Assembly: GCA_963793265.1 (NCBI GenBank)
Contig: CAWBZI010000002.1
Coordinates: 224,001-288,000 of the forward strand
Direction: 5' to 3'
Length of the DNA stretch: 64,000 nucleotides
From: an uncultured cyanobacterium
GTDB lineage: Bacteria; Cyanobacteriota; Cyanobacteriia; Phormidesmidales; Phormidesmidaceae
Shown here: positions 18,593-27,987 of the stretch, piece after piece
Layout: every line of letters starts with the position of its first letter
Position numbering within the stretch: position 1 is the first letter of the stretch
Position numbers and translations under genes: made by a program
Notes under the pieces: model-generated
What the model saw: only the letters and a program-made list of their open reading frames with translations
Told to the model about the DNA's origin: nothing
The model's database searches: none

Positions 18593-19909
18593 ATGTCTAG
18601 AATTACCCGTCGTCGTCTGATTCAAACTGGTTTGGCTGCAAGCGCCGCGCTGGCGACTGCTCGCTGCGGTGGCAACAATGAAGCGCCGCTGGGCACTCCT
18701 AACAACCCAGATACCTCGCCTGAACTGAACGCCAACGCGATTAAAGATGTCACACTTCGCTTTATTGGCACCGGGGTGGCGCAGATCAACGACATCCGTG
18801 ACAAAGCTCAAGAAGATCTGGGCTTTAAGATCGACCTGAGAGCGCTCGGCACAGACGAAAACAATCAAATCGCCATCACGCAGCCCAAGCAGTACGACAT
18901 GTTTGACGGGGAGTACTTTAGCCTACCGCTAGTGGTTCCTTCGGGTAACTTGCAGCCTATCGACGTGAAGCGGATAGAAAGATTCGATCAGATTGTGCCG
19001 ATTTTCACCACCGGTCAGTTTGAAGGTCTGCCTGTAGAAAATGCTCAGGGGACTTCTCCTATTAAGGTGATGTATCTAAAGGGCCAAGACTCAAAGGAGT
19101 TCTCAGATACACCGACAGACTGGGCCACGATGATTCCGTTTCAATACAACGCCGATACCTTAGGCTACCGTCCAGATTTGGTAGGGCGCACAATAGAGAG
19201 CTGGGCTGAACTGTTCGATCCGGCCTTCAAGGGTAAAACCTCTATTCTCGATATTCCTTCTATTGGCATTATGGATGCTGCTATGGTCGCAGAAGCTGCC
19301 GGGCTGATGACCTTTGCCGATAAAGGAAATATGACCAGAGCTGAGATCGATCAGATCACAGAGATTTTAAAGCAGAAAAAGCAAGAAGGTCAGTTTAGAG
19401 CCTTTTGGAAAACGTTTGATGAGTCAGTAAACCTGATGTCGTCGGGTGAAGTTGTTTTGCAGTCTATGTGGTCGCCAGCCGTCACCGCTGTGAAGTCACA
19501 GGGACTTGAATGTGTGTACGGGCCGCTAAAGGAGGGCTATCGTGCCTGGGGCGGCGGTATTGGACTCTCTCGTAATTTGACAGGGCCTGCGCTCGATGCT
19601 GCCTACGCCTACATGAACTGGATGTTAGATGGCTGGATGGGCGCTTTTTTAGGGCGTCAGGGCTATTACAGTGCGGTGCTGGACACGACAAAAAAAACGA
19701 TGACGCCGGAGGAATGGGCGTTTTGGTACGAGGGCGAACCGGCGGCGGTCGATATGGTCGATCCGTTTGGAAAGACCTTAGAAAAGGCTGGTGCAGTGCG
19801 CGATGGCGGCTCGTTTGAAGAGCGGATGGGCAATGTTGTTGTTTGGAACTCGACGATGGATGAACAGGTGTATTTGGTGCAGAAGTGGAATGAATTTATT
19901 GCGGCTTAA
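18593..19909 (+). CDS. ABC transporter substrate-binding protein (PotD/PotF-like) with twin-arginine, probably lipoprotein, signal
   Basis: MSRITRRRLIQTGLAASAALATARC N-terminus; YNADTLG, SWAELFDP, QSMWSPAV and KEGYRAW. Confidence 0.9.
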   Translation: MSRITRRRLIQTGLAASAALATARCGGNNEAPLGTPNNPDTSPELNANAIKDVTLRFIGTGVAQINDIRDKAQEDLGFKIDLRALGTDENNQIAITQPKQYDMFDGEYFSLPLVVPSGNLQPIDVKRIERFDQIVPIFTTGQFEGLPVENAQGTSPIKVMYLKGQDSKEFSDTPTDWATMIPFQYNADTLGYRPDLVGRTIESWAELFDPAFKGKTSILDIPSIGIMDAAMVAEAAGLMTFADKGNMTRAEIDQITEILKQKKQEGQFRAFWKTFDESVNLMSSGEVVLQSMWSPAVTAVKSQGLECVYGPLKEGYRAWGGGIGLSRNLTGPALDAAYAYMNWMLDGWMGAFLGRQGYYSAVLDTTKKTMTPEEWAFWYEGEPAAVDMVDPFGKTLEKAGAVRDGGSFEERMGNVVVWNSTMDEQVYLVQKWNEFIAA

Positions 19910-19912
19910 ATC

Positions 19913-20776
19913 ATGCAAAATAATCTCCGCTGGAGGGCGCTTCAGCCTTACCTGCTCGCAGCGCCCCAAACGCTTATCTTCTTAGCCTTTTTGGTTTTTC
20001 CCATCGCCATGATTTTTGTCGTGAGTTTTTGGCAGTTCACCGGCTATTCGATGACGCCTGCTTTTAGCTTCGATAATTACATCGGCATTTTTCAGTCTCA
20101 GGTCACACTATCGACCTATCTCAATACGCTTAAGTTTGTGGCGCTCGTTTGGGCCTTTTGTTTAGCGATCGCCTTCCCCGTCTCCTACTTCCTCGCCTTT
20201 AGTATCGAGCGCGAAAGCCTCCGCATTCTCCTCTTCCTCCTCTGCACCATCCCCTTTTGGACATCCAACATCATCCGCATGATTTCCTGGATTCCGCTGC
20301 TCGGCAGAGAAGGTTTAGTGAACCAAGCGCTTTTAGGTTTGGGCTTGATCAACAGCCCGGTAGAGTGGCTGCTGTACTCCGACTTTGCCATCGTGCTAGG
20401 CATGGTGCATCTCTACTGCTTTTTTATGATTGCCCCTGTGTTCAACAGCATGATGCGTATTGATCGCACGCTAATCACCGCCGCAAAAGACATGGGCGCA
20501 TCGAGCTTTAACGTACTCAAAGAGATTATTCTGCCGCTGAGCGCGCCGGGCATTGCCATCGGCTCTATTTTTGTGGTGACACTTACCATGGGAGAGTTTG
20601 TCACCGTGCGGCTCATGGGCGGCGGGCAGTCCGCCTCTATTGGCAAGCTCATCAGTACCCAAATTGGCAGTCTGCAATATCCGCTGGCAGCGGCAAACGC
20701 CGTTATTTTGCTGATTGTAACACTGGTATTTGTGGTCGGAATTCTGCGCGTTGTCGATATCAGAAAGGAGCTGTAG
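19913..20776 (+). CDS. ABC transporter permease (PotB-like)
   Basis: TIPFWTSNIIR and an EAA-like loop TAAKDMGAS; multiple TM segments. Confidence 0.92.
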   Translation: MQNNLRWRALQPYLLAAPQTLIFLAFLVFPIAMIFVVSFWQFTGYSMTPAFSFDNYIGIFQSQVTLSTYLNTLKFVALVWAFCLAIAFPVSYFLAFSIERESLRILLFLLCTIPFWTSNIIRMISWIPLLGREGLVNQALLGLGLINSPVEWLLYSDFAIVLGMVHLYCFFMIAPVFNSMMRIDRTLITAAKDMGASSFNVLKEIILPLSAPGIAIGSIFVVTLTMGEFVTVRLMGGGQSASIGKLISTQIGSLQYPLAAANAVILLIVTLVFVVGILRVVDIRKEL

Positions 20777-20778
20777 GC

Positions 20779-21591
20779 ATGTCTAGAACTAAACGTCCGC
20801 TTTCTTTTTACTTGCTTGCTGCTTTCTTCGGCCTGTTTGTGCTGTTTCTATACGGCCCCATGCTTGCTATTTTCACGCTCTCCTTGCAAGGCTCCGATGG
20901 TGCGCTTACCTTCCCGCTGCGTAGCTTTGGTTTTTATTGGCTTGGCCAGGTGTTCCAAGAGCAACGTGTCGGCAGCTTTACCGAGTCTTTTGTCCGCTCT
21001 TTTGGCTTAGGTCTTCTGGTTGTTGCCATCGCCATTGTCGTGAGCGTGATGGCCAGCATGGCCTTTCGTAGCCGCTTTTCAGGGGCCAGATCGCTCTTTT
21101 ATCTCACCATCTCTAGCCTAGTTGTCCCCGGCGTTTTAATCTCGCTAGGCATCGGCATCACCTTTCAAGTACTAGGCATTCAAACTAACTGGTATTCTTC
21201 TGGTCTAGGCGCGCACCTCACCTGGACAGTGCCCTTTGCCTTTTTAATTATGCTGGGCGTTTTCAATCGTTTTAATCCATTCTATGAAGAAGCTGCCAGG
21301 GATTTAGGCGCAGGCGATATCGCTACTTTTAGAGAGATTGTGCTGCCGTTGATTGCACCGAGTCTGATTGGCATTGCGCTACTAAGCTTTACGCTCTCGT
21401 ACGATGAATTCATTCGGACATCGCTAGTGTCTGGGCAAAACAACACGCTGCCGCTAGAGATTTTTGGTATGACGACCAACGTCACCTCGCCTGCACTCTA
21501 CGCATTAGGGACGCTCACGACGCTGTTCTCAGTGACAATGATTGCGATCGCCTTTTTCTCCTATAGGTTTCTCTCCAAGACTTCGCCATAG
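20779..21591 (+). CDS. ABC transporter permease (PotC-like)
   Basis: EEAARDLGA, FTLSYDEF and NTLPLEI; multiple TM segments. Confidence 0.92.
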   Translation: MSRTKRPLSFYLLAAFFGLFVLFLYGPMLAIFTLSLQGSDGALTFPLRSFGFYWLGQVFQEQRVGSFTESFVRSFGLGLLVVAIAIVVSVMASMAFRSRFSGARSLFYLTISSLVVPGVLISLGIGITFQVLGIQTNWYSSGLGAHLTWTVPFAFLIMLGVFNRFNPFYEEAARDLGAGDIATFREIVLPLIAPSLIGIALLSFTLSYDEFIRTSLVSGQNNTLPLEIFGMTTNVTSPALYALGTLTTLFSVTMIAIAFFSYRFLSKTSP

Positions 21592-21841
21592 ATTTACGGT
21601 ACTCTATGTGCTTTTTAAAGAGGGCAAATCGCAAAGATTAAGCTGTCAACTGGGCACGATCATTTCGGTAGTTTCGCAGCGCGTAGCCTCAGCCTTCGAC
21701 GAGTCGACCCTGGGTTTTAGCAGATTCAAAAAGTTTCTTCAGAGCGCACCCAAAACAGTTACTTTGTATGAAGTGAATAATATTTGGCACGCAAAAGCAT
21801 ACGCTGCGACAGGCAAGAATAGTCAAAAATTAAATAAATAG
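21592..21841 (+). pseudogene. Probable orphan OST-HTH/LOTUS domain fragment
   Basis: FDESTLGFSRFKKFLQS resembles the FDxxxyGFxxFxxLL LOTUS motif found in NYN proteins; no convincing start codon. Confidence 0.4.
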
Positions 21842-21876
21842 CTAAGATCGTTTGGAGGCTAAGCTTAGAAACGAAC

Positions 21877-22668
21877 ATGGCTTTATTGACCCCCCCGTTT
21901 GAACTGACTGACCTGGCAGAGGCAGACACCGCTCAGCTAAAGTCTAGCTTGCTAAAACAGGTAGAAGCTCGGGAGACAGAGCCGATGCCTAAAAAAGTCC
22001 GATTTGCTAACGAGACTTTGATGCCCCTGTTCAACGAGCTAGCAAGCCGTAATCCTACGCCTGAGCTAAGTCAGCAAATTCCGCTACTAAAAGGCATTTG
22101 GTTTCCGGTTTGGTCTACTAACCCTTTTCAAGACATTATACCAGGACGGGTATATCACGAGTCCTATCAAATATTTGATGAAAGCGGCTACTATGCCAAC
22201 CTAGCCCGCTACAAGCCGGGGCGAAAGACATGGCTTGTAAGCTGGCTCTCTCGTTGGCTGCTCAGCTACGATTTGATAATCATGCAGAGCTATTCTGTTC
22301 AGGCTCAAGGTGATAGCAACCCGGCTCAGCCTCTGGTACCCAAGCAGACTGAGCAGACATATTGGGACATTCAAAATGTCGCTATTCGGCAATCGCTGCG
22401 CTTTGGATCTATCGCTTTTAGCGCCGAAACAGCTCAAGCTTGGTTTGCTCAAGTCTTAGCCAAGTATCAAGAAACGGCTAAGGCTCAGCCGCAGACTTCT
22501 ACGCCAGCCCAGCAGACTCATCGCATTTCAACGAAACAATACCAACAGATAGCTAAAGCAAAACCTCAACTAGACAACCTATATATCGACTCAGACTTTC
22601 GTCTTGTCAAAACCCAGCGCGAGAAATCTCAGCGCCCTTCATATACCGTAGCAACGCGGTTGGGCTAA
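21877..22668 (+). CDS. PAP/fibrillin-like (lipocalin-fold) protein
   Basis: LASRNPTP...LLKGIWFPVWST and C-terminal LDNLYIDSDFRLVK match the fibrillin pattern. Confidence 0.6.
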   Translation: MALLTPPFELTDLAEADTAQLKSSLLKQVEARETEPMPKKVRFANETLMPLFNELASRNPTPELSQQIPLLKGIWFPVWSTNPFQDIIPGRVYHESYQIFDESGYYANLARYKPGRKTWLVSWLSRWLLSYDLIIMQSYSVQAQGDSNPAQPLVPKQTEQTYWDIQNVAIRQSLRFGSIAFSAETAQAWFAQVLAKYQETAKAQPQTSTPAQQTHRISTKQYQQIAKAKPQLDNLYIDSDFRLVKTQREKSQRPSYTVATRLG

Positions 22669-22732
22669 ACGGTTATAGTGCACAGCTTTGTTGTGTAGAG
22701 AAGCCATCCTAACAGGTCTTTGCATAGAACCT

Positions 22733-23293
22733 ATGAAAGAAAAAACAGAAAGAGAGAAAATGCTAGCAGGCGAACTGTATCTAGCCACAGATCCTGAATT
22801 AAGTGAGATGCACGCTAAGGCATCGGCGCTGCTTCACACCTTTAATACTTCGCATCCTAAAGATGTTGCCATGCAGAAACAAACAATCCGCCAGTTATTC
22901 GGTAGCATCGGCCAAACATTTAGCATCACGCCACCTTTCTATTGCGACTACGGCTGCCATATCTTTGCCGGAGAAAATCTGTATATCAACGCTGACTGCA
23001 CCATGTTGGATTGCGGTACGATACATATAGGAGACAATGTTTTAATCGCAACTAAGGTGCAGATCTATACGGCCACTCACCCCACAGATCCAACCATTCG
23101 ACTCACGGGTAAAGAGCTAGCCGCGCCGATTCGCATTGGCAACAACGCATGGATTGGTGGCGGGGTGATTATTTGCCCTGGGGTTTCAATTGGCGAGAAT
23201 ACTACGATCGGGGCGGGTAGTGTGGTGACAAAAGATATTCCAAGTAATGCGATCGCGGTAGGTAATCCCTGTCGAGTGATCAAATCAGTTTGA
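22733..23293 (+). CDS. maa: Sugar (maltose) O-acetyltransferase
   Basis: EKMLAGELY, PPFYCDYG and hexapeptide repeats IGNNAWIGGGVIICPGVSIGENTTIGAGSVVTKD. Confidence 0.92.
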   Translation: MKEKTEREKMLAGELYLATDPELSEMHAKASALLHTFNTSHPKDVAMQKQTIRQLFGSIGQTFSITPPFYCDYGCHIFAGENLYINADCTMLDCGTIHIGDNVLIATKVQIYTATHPTDPTIRLTGKELAAPIRIGNNAWIGGGVIICPGVSIGENTTIGAGSVVTKDIPSNAIAVGNPCRVIKSV

Positions 23294-23478
23294 TACTGTT
23301 TTTAGCGCTGTTGAAGCGTTCATATGTCTATTGACCTGGCTATACAAGTGCGTTTTGCTACTTGAGTGCTGAGCCGCTGACAGCGGAATTAATGGACTTA
23401 GCAGGTGCAGACGCTCTTCTTATACCGGGCGCTCAGTACTATTTACTTACTATCCTTTGGCGGATTGCTTTTAAGCTT

Positions 23479-23607
23479 CTAAAGAGAACGTTTTCTGCGC
23501 GATCGCTCGATATCTCGAACCATAGCTCGAACCGGCAGTCCCTTTTTCAGTAAGAGGCGTACGATCTCAGAGCCATTATTACCCGTTGCACCCGTTACAA
23601 GTATCAC
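23479..23607 (-). pseudogene. Truncated NmrA/SDR-family NAD(P)-binding protein (first 42 codons only)
   Basis: GGAG RBS and GTG start, then ILVTGATGNNGSEIVRLL...VRAMVRD (Rossmann start) and an early stop. Confidence 0.7.
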
Positions 23608-23727
23608 AGCGCTATTCTCCTGTTTGTTATTGTTATTTTTTATTGTGTTGGCGTAGCTGTGCTTCAAAAGTACTATCTGATACACCGTATAGCATGATAC
23701 GATAGAACGCATGAACTAAGCGAAGCT

Positions 23728-24753
23728 ATGATGAGCGAGCAGTCTGAAGCATCCGTTACCAATGACTACGATAGCCCCTGGAAAGAGATTCTCGAAGCTT
23801 ACTTTGAGGAATGCATCGCCTTTTTCTTTCCAGATACGTATCGTGATGTTGATTGGGCCAAAGGCTACGAATTTTTAGACAAAGAGCTTCAGCAGATTGA
23901 CCGCGAAGCCGAAATTGGGAAACGAGTTGCTGACAAGCTGGTCAAAGTATGGACAAATGCGGGAGAACAAGTATGGGTACTCATTCATGTCGAAGTGCAG
24001 AGCCAACGAGAAACTAGCTTCTCGCAGCGTATGTATTCCTACAACTACCGGCTACAAGACTTATTCAATCGCCCTGTTGCTAGCTTTGCTATTCTGAGCG
24101 ATGACAGCCCTACCTGGCGACCGCATCACTATTCATCCGCGCTCTGGGGCACTACCGTAGACTTTGAGTTTCGCACTATAAAGTTGCTAGACTATAAGCA
24201 CCATTGGGACGAGCTGATGGACAGCGAGAATCCTTTCTCTGTTGTTGTGATGGCCCATTTGAAGGCGCTGGAAACCTCAGGCGACCAGGTTAGCCGAAAG
24301 CAGTGGAAGCTGAGCTTGATTAAGCTTCTGTATCAAAGGGGCTACGAACGTCGAGACGTGAAGCAGCTACTGCGGTTTATTGATTGGTTGCTAGCACTGC
24401 CGCTGGCGCTACAAGGCGACCTTTGGCAAGAAATACTGACTTATCAGGAGGAAATGAACATGCCTTATATAACTAGCCTAGAACGCCTTTCTATGAATAA
24501 AGGCTTAGAAGAAGGCCGAAAGAAAGGCTTAGAAGAAGGTCGTGAGGAAGGCCGTGAGGAAGGTTTAGCAGCGGGCTTAAAACGAGGTATTCAGATAGCT
24601 TTAGAACAGCAGTTCGGTAGTTCGGGGCTTGAGTTGATTCCGGCTATTGAAGAGGTCAATGATATCGAAATCCTTGACAGATTGCAGGAGAGACTATTAA
24701 AAAACCAGATTTCGTTAGACGAACTACAGCAGCTCTATCAGCCAGGTTCGTAA
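23728..24753 (+). CDS. Rpn-family (PD-(D/E)XK nuclease, 'putative transposase') protein
   Basis: DYDSPWKE, FLDKELQQ, ADKLVKV, LIHVEVQSQ, RMYSYNYR and ENPF, then MPYITSLER and GLEEGR repeats. Confidence 0.88.
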   Translation: MMSEQSEASVTNDYDSPWKEILEAYFEECIAFFFPDTYRDVDWAKGYEFLDKELQQIDREAEIGKRVADKLVKVWTNAGEQVWVLIHVEVQSQRETSFSQRMYSYNYRLQDLFNRPVASFAILSDDSPTWRPHHYSSALWGTTVDFEFRTIKLLDYKHHWDELMDSENPFSVVVMAHLKALETSGDQVSRKQWKLSLIKLLYQRGYERRDVKQLLRFIDWLLALPLALQGDLWQEILTYQEEMNMPYITSLERLSMNKGLEEGRKKGLEEGREEGREEGLAAGLKRGIQIALEQQFGSSGLELIPAIEEVNDIEILDRLQERLLKNQISLDELQQLYQPGS

Positions 24754-24863
24754 CGTAGCTTGAGACAATCTAGAAAATCGATGTTCCGAAACACAGCACC
24801 AGAAAACACGTCTACATAACATTAGACACCTTCTTCTCTGTCTGCTGCTGTTCGAGCACATCC

Positions 24864-26063
24864 ATGCCACACAAGCCTTTCCGCCTTTCTAAGCTGAAGC
24901 GCCTATTTCTATTAGGGATTACAGCCGTTTACGTAGCCCTTATAATTTGGCTTGATTTTTTGCAAGGGCCTGTCTGGTGGGATGAGGGCACCTTTTGGCA
25001 AACTAGCGTGACGCTGAGCGATCGCATTTTCCCCACGCTCAACGAACTCAGAGACTACACAGAACTCAACACGCCCCTTCCTTTCATACTCTTTGGCGCT
25101 ATCGAGCACGTTTCTCAGGGCGATATTGTCTGGGGACGACTGCTAAACCTGATGCTCTCTATCAGTATGGTGTTTATAGTCGGCTGGCCGACTCACACCA
25201 AAGGGAACAAAGCCCTCTTGTGTGTAGTTGGCCTATTTTTGTGCCCGTACTATCTTTGGCTGAGCGGTCGCTTATACACCGAAATGATCGCCTGCTTTTG
25301 GGTGCTGCTCGGATTTATTGGCTACGTGAATCAGCGATACGTGTGGAGCTGTGTTGCGTTCATTTTGGCGATCGCCTCTCGGCAGTACATGGTCGCTTTC
25401 CCGGCTGCGATCGCCCTTTACGAATTTCTCATCTCTGCCGATATAGCTATACAGCTCAAGCAACTGCATCTTGCACAGCAGTGGAAGTGGCTAGCTTATG
25501 CGGGCGTGACCACAACGATTGTGGGATGGTTTTATCTATTTGACGGGCTCGCGCCCCAGACGGCTTTAGAGACTCGTTTAGCGCCAGCCGTTCAACAGAC
25601 GACCTGGGCGATCGCTCCCGGTGGCGCGATTAACTTTCTCTCTTTTGTTGGATTATATCTGGTTATTCCAGAGGCTTTGTTGTTTCGATATTATCTCAGG
25701 GCCAGGCTAAAAGAGCTGAAAGTCGAAAAGATAGTGCTAGTTGCTTTCGCCCTGCTCGTCTATGCAATCATCTTTCCGCCACACCTGATTGGATCGGGTA
25801 ATATCGGCAAGCTAGTTAGGCTCCTGCCCTACGATGTATTGAAGCTTACCTTGCTGTATGGCCTTGCGCTGCTCGCCTGCGTCAGATTCTCCAAGCCCTC
25901 GTTATTAGCCCTACTGGTTTTGAGCAATAGCATCATTATGATGAAGGCATATCCCTGGGACAGATATGTTTTACCGCTCGTAGTTGTCTTCTGGTATATC
26001 AAGGCAAGCGGTATTGAAGAACAGTTCTCTCTTTGGAAGCCTAAGAGAAAATCACTGCTCTAA
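24864..26063 (+). CDS. Multi-pass membrane protein, possible GT-C-fold glycosyltransferase
   Basis: N-terminal TM followed by WWDE, later YTE, RQY and DRYVLP; many TM segments. Confidence 0.6.
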   Translation: MPHKPFRLSKLKRLFLLGITAVYVALIIWLDFLQGPVWWDEGTFWQTSVTLSDRIFPTLNELRDYTELNTPLPFILFGAIEHVSQGDIVWGRLLNLMLSISMVFIVGWPTHTKGNKALLCVVGLFLCPYYLWLSGRLYTEMIACFWVLLGFIGYVNQRYVWSCVAFILAIASRQYMVAFPAAIALYEFLISADIAIQLKQLHLAQQWKWLAYAGVTTTIVGWFYLFDGLAPQTALETRLAPAVQQTTWAIAPGGAINFLSFVGLYLVIPEALLFRYYLRARLKELKVEKIVLVAFALLVYAIIFPPHLIGSGNIGKLVRLLPYDVLKLTLLYGLALLACVRFSKPSLLALLVLSNSIIMMKAYPWDRYVLPLVVVFWYIKASGIEEQFSLWKPKRKSLL

Positions 26064-26084
26064 ACAGTCGGTTCTCTCAATTCT

Positions 26085-27197
26085 CTATACGACGAGTGTC
26101 TCTCGCTTCAAGCCTGTTTCAGCCTTAGATCCATCCTTCGGAAAGAATCGCACGCGCTCAGAGTTGACACCTACGCTGACGCGATCGCCCACATCCAACC
26201 GTACGCTCACTGGCGATCGTACCTCCAGCACCTTTCCCGACCCCATCAGCAAAGAATACTGATACTCTCTGCCTAAAAACTGTCGCCCCTGCACCAGCAG
26301 CGAACCAGCGACATCTTGTAAAATATGCAAATCTTCTTGAGCGATCATCACATCACCCTGGTCACTACCATCGGCAGGCAGATCTAGCTGTAGCATCCCT
26401 AGATCTGTCTCCCAGCCCTCAGCCCTGCGCACTGCCGAGAGAAAGTTGGCCTGTGTTACAAACTCAGCTACAAATCGCGATGCTGGATTTTGATAGACGC
26501 GCTCGGGCGTATCAAACTGCATGAGAGAGCCTTGATTCATCACCGCAACTCGGTCGGCAATCGAAAGCGCTTCTTCCTGATCGTGTGTTACAAACACGCC
26601 TGAGGCACCTACGCTCTTTAAAATATCGCGCACCTCTTGCCGCAGCCGCAGCCGCACCTGCACATCCAAGTTACTGAAGGGTTCATCAAGTAAAACCAAA
26701 GGCGGACGTGGTGCCAATGCTCTTGCCAGCGCCACCCGCTGCTGCTGCCCGCCCGATAGCTCATGCGGATAGCGCTTTTCCATACCGGCTAACCCGACCA
26801 AGCTCATCGCCTCGCTAGCCAGTCCTTGAACCTGCTTTTTAAGCATTTTGCCGCGCCGACAGAGCTGCTTCAGGCCGAATGCCACGTTTTCAATCGCGCT
26901 TAAATGTGGAAATAGCGCATAGTCCTGAAAGACTACGCCCACCTGACGCTTTTCTGGCGGTAGCCACACACCTTTGCCACATACCTGCTGCCCAGATAGA
27001 GCAATCTCACCGGCTTCTGGCCGCTCAAATCCTGCTAGTACCCGCAAAAGCGTTGTCTTACCGCAGCCCGACGGCCCCAGCAGCCCTAATAACTCGCCCT
27101 GATGTAGCTCAAATCCAACGTCATCTACCGCGATCGCTGCCTGGTTAAATTGTTTTGTAATGTTTTGGCAGACAAGAACGGGGGCTGGTGACGCCAT
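26085..27197 (-). CDS. futC: Fe(III) ABC transporter ATP-binding protein
   Basis: GPSGCGKTT, LPPEKRQVGVVFQDYALFPHL, PHELSGGQQQR and DEPFSNLD; next to futA. Confidence 0.85.
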   Translation of the reverse strand: MASPAPVLVCQNITKQFNQAAIAVDDVGFELHQGELLGLLGPSGCGKTTLLRVLAGFERPEAGEIALSGQQVCGKGVWLPPEKRQVGVVFQDYALFPHLSAIENVAFGLKQLCRRGKMLKKQVQGLASEAMSLVGLAGMEKRYPHELSGGQQQRVALARALAPRPPLVLLDEPFSNLDVQVRLRLRQEVRDILKSVGASGVFVTHDQEEALSIADRVAVMNQGSLMQFDTPERVYQNPASRFVAEFVTQANFLSAVRRAEGWETDLGMLQLDLPADGSDQGDVMIAQEDLHILQDVAGSLLVQGRQFLGREYQYSLLMGSGKVLEVRSPVSVRLDVGDRVSVGVNSERVRFFPKDGSKAETGLKRETLVV

Positions 27198-27269
27198 AGT
27201 TTATAGATGATTTCAGGAAATTTCTAAAAAAGTACTAAACAGGAATTTTTCTTACTATACAATACCTCA

Positions 27270-27288
27270 CTTCAGATCCATTCTCATT
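27270..27288. promoter_or_regulatory. Possible Fur box upstream of futC
   Basis: Minus strand AATGAGAATGGATCTGAAG; one good half-site of the ATTGAGAAT-N-ATTCTCAAT type. Confidence 0.4.
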
Positions 27289-27321
27289 AAGCCATCTTGC
27301 TCCCGGCTTCATCTGCTGAGC

Positions 27322-27981
27322 TTAATCCACCCACAAACGTAAAAGATTGCTAACGCTTTTTGCGAGTAAATCAAACTCATTCGTTTTACCGTCTTGGGCA
27401 AAGAGCGATCGCTTCACCGTATCTAGCTCAAACAAAATCTCCCGCTTGCCATGGTCGCGAATCAGGCTTTGCACCCAGCCCACCGCCGCCCATCGCACCC
27501 CGCTTGTCACCGGATCTACTCTGTGTAAGCTAGACGATGGGTACACCAGCAAAGAGCCCGCTGCTAGCTTGTAAGACTGCTCGCTATCTATGCCTTCCAC
27601 CACCAGCTCACCGCCTTCATAGCTCTCGGGATCAGATAGAAACAGGGTAAAAGACAAATCGGAGCGCGCGCCGTTCATCAGTGCGTTGTCGGTGTGCCGT
27701 CCGTAGCACATGCGATCGCTATACCGATTGAAGCGGATCGTATGAATTTGCTTAGGCCGCGCTGCCGCCTGAAACAGCGGGTGCTTGAGTGCCGACCGTC
27801 GCACCTGTTGAATCAACGGTGCGGCAATTGGATGCTTGCTATCGAGCTGTTGATTTTGCTTGACGGCTTTTGCGTGCCAGCCCGCCGTCGTTTTGCCATC
27901 TACCATATCGGCGGCAGCCAGCTTTTCGCATAGCTCCGCCGTCTCTTGGGCCGATAGCAGCTCAGGAATCGTAAAAATCAT
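27322..27981 (-). CDS. piuC: PKHD-type Fe(II)/2OG hydroxylase (PiuC/YbiX)
   Basis: DGKTTAG...VKQNQQL, YGRHTDNA, RSDLSFTLFLSDPESYEGGEL, YPSSSLHRVDPVTSG and GWVQSLIRD. Confidence 0.9.
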   Translation of the reverse strand: MIFTIPELLSAQETAELCEKLAAADMVDGKTTAGWHAKAVKQNQQLDSKHPIAAPLIQQVRRSALKHPLFQAAARPKQIHTIRFNRYSDRMCYGRHTDNALMNGARSDLSFTLFLSDPESYEGGELVVEGIDSEQSYKLAAGSLLVYPSSSLHRVDPVTSGVRWAAVGWVQSLIRDHGKREILFELDTVKRSLFAQDGKTNEFDLLAKSVSNLLRLWVD

Positions 27982-27987
27982 TCGCCT

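Noticed and set aside
23728..24753. Rpn gene as an insertion sequence
   Set aside because: No terminal inverted repeats or target duplication seen; the family is a PD-(D/E)XK nuclease without demonstrated transposition.
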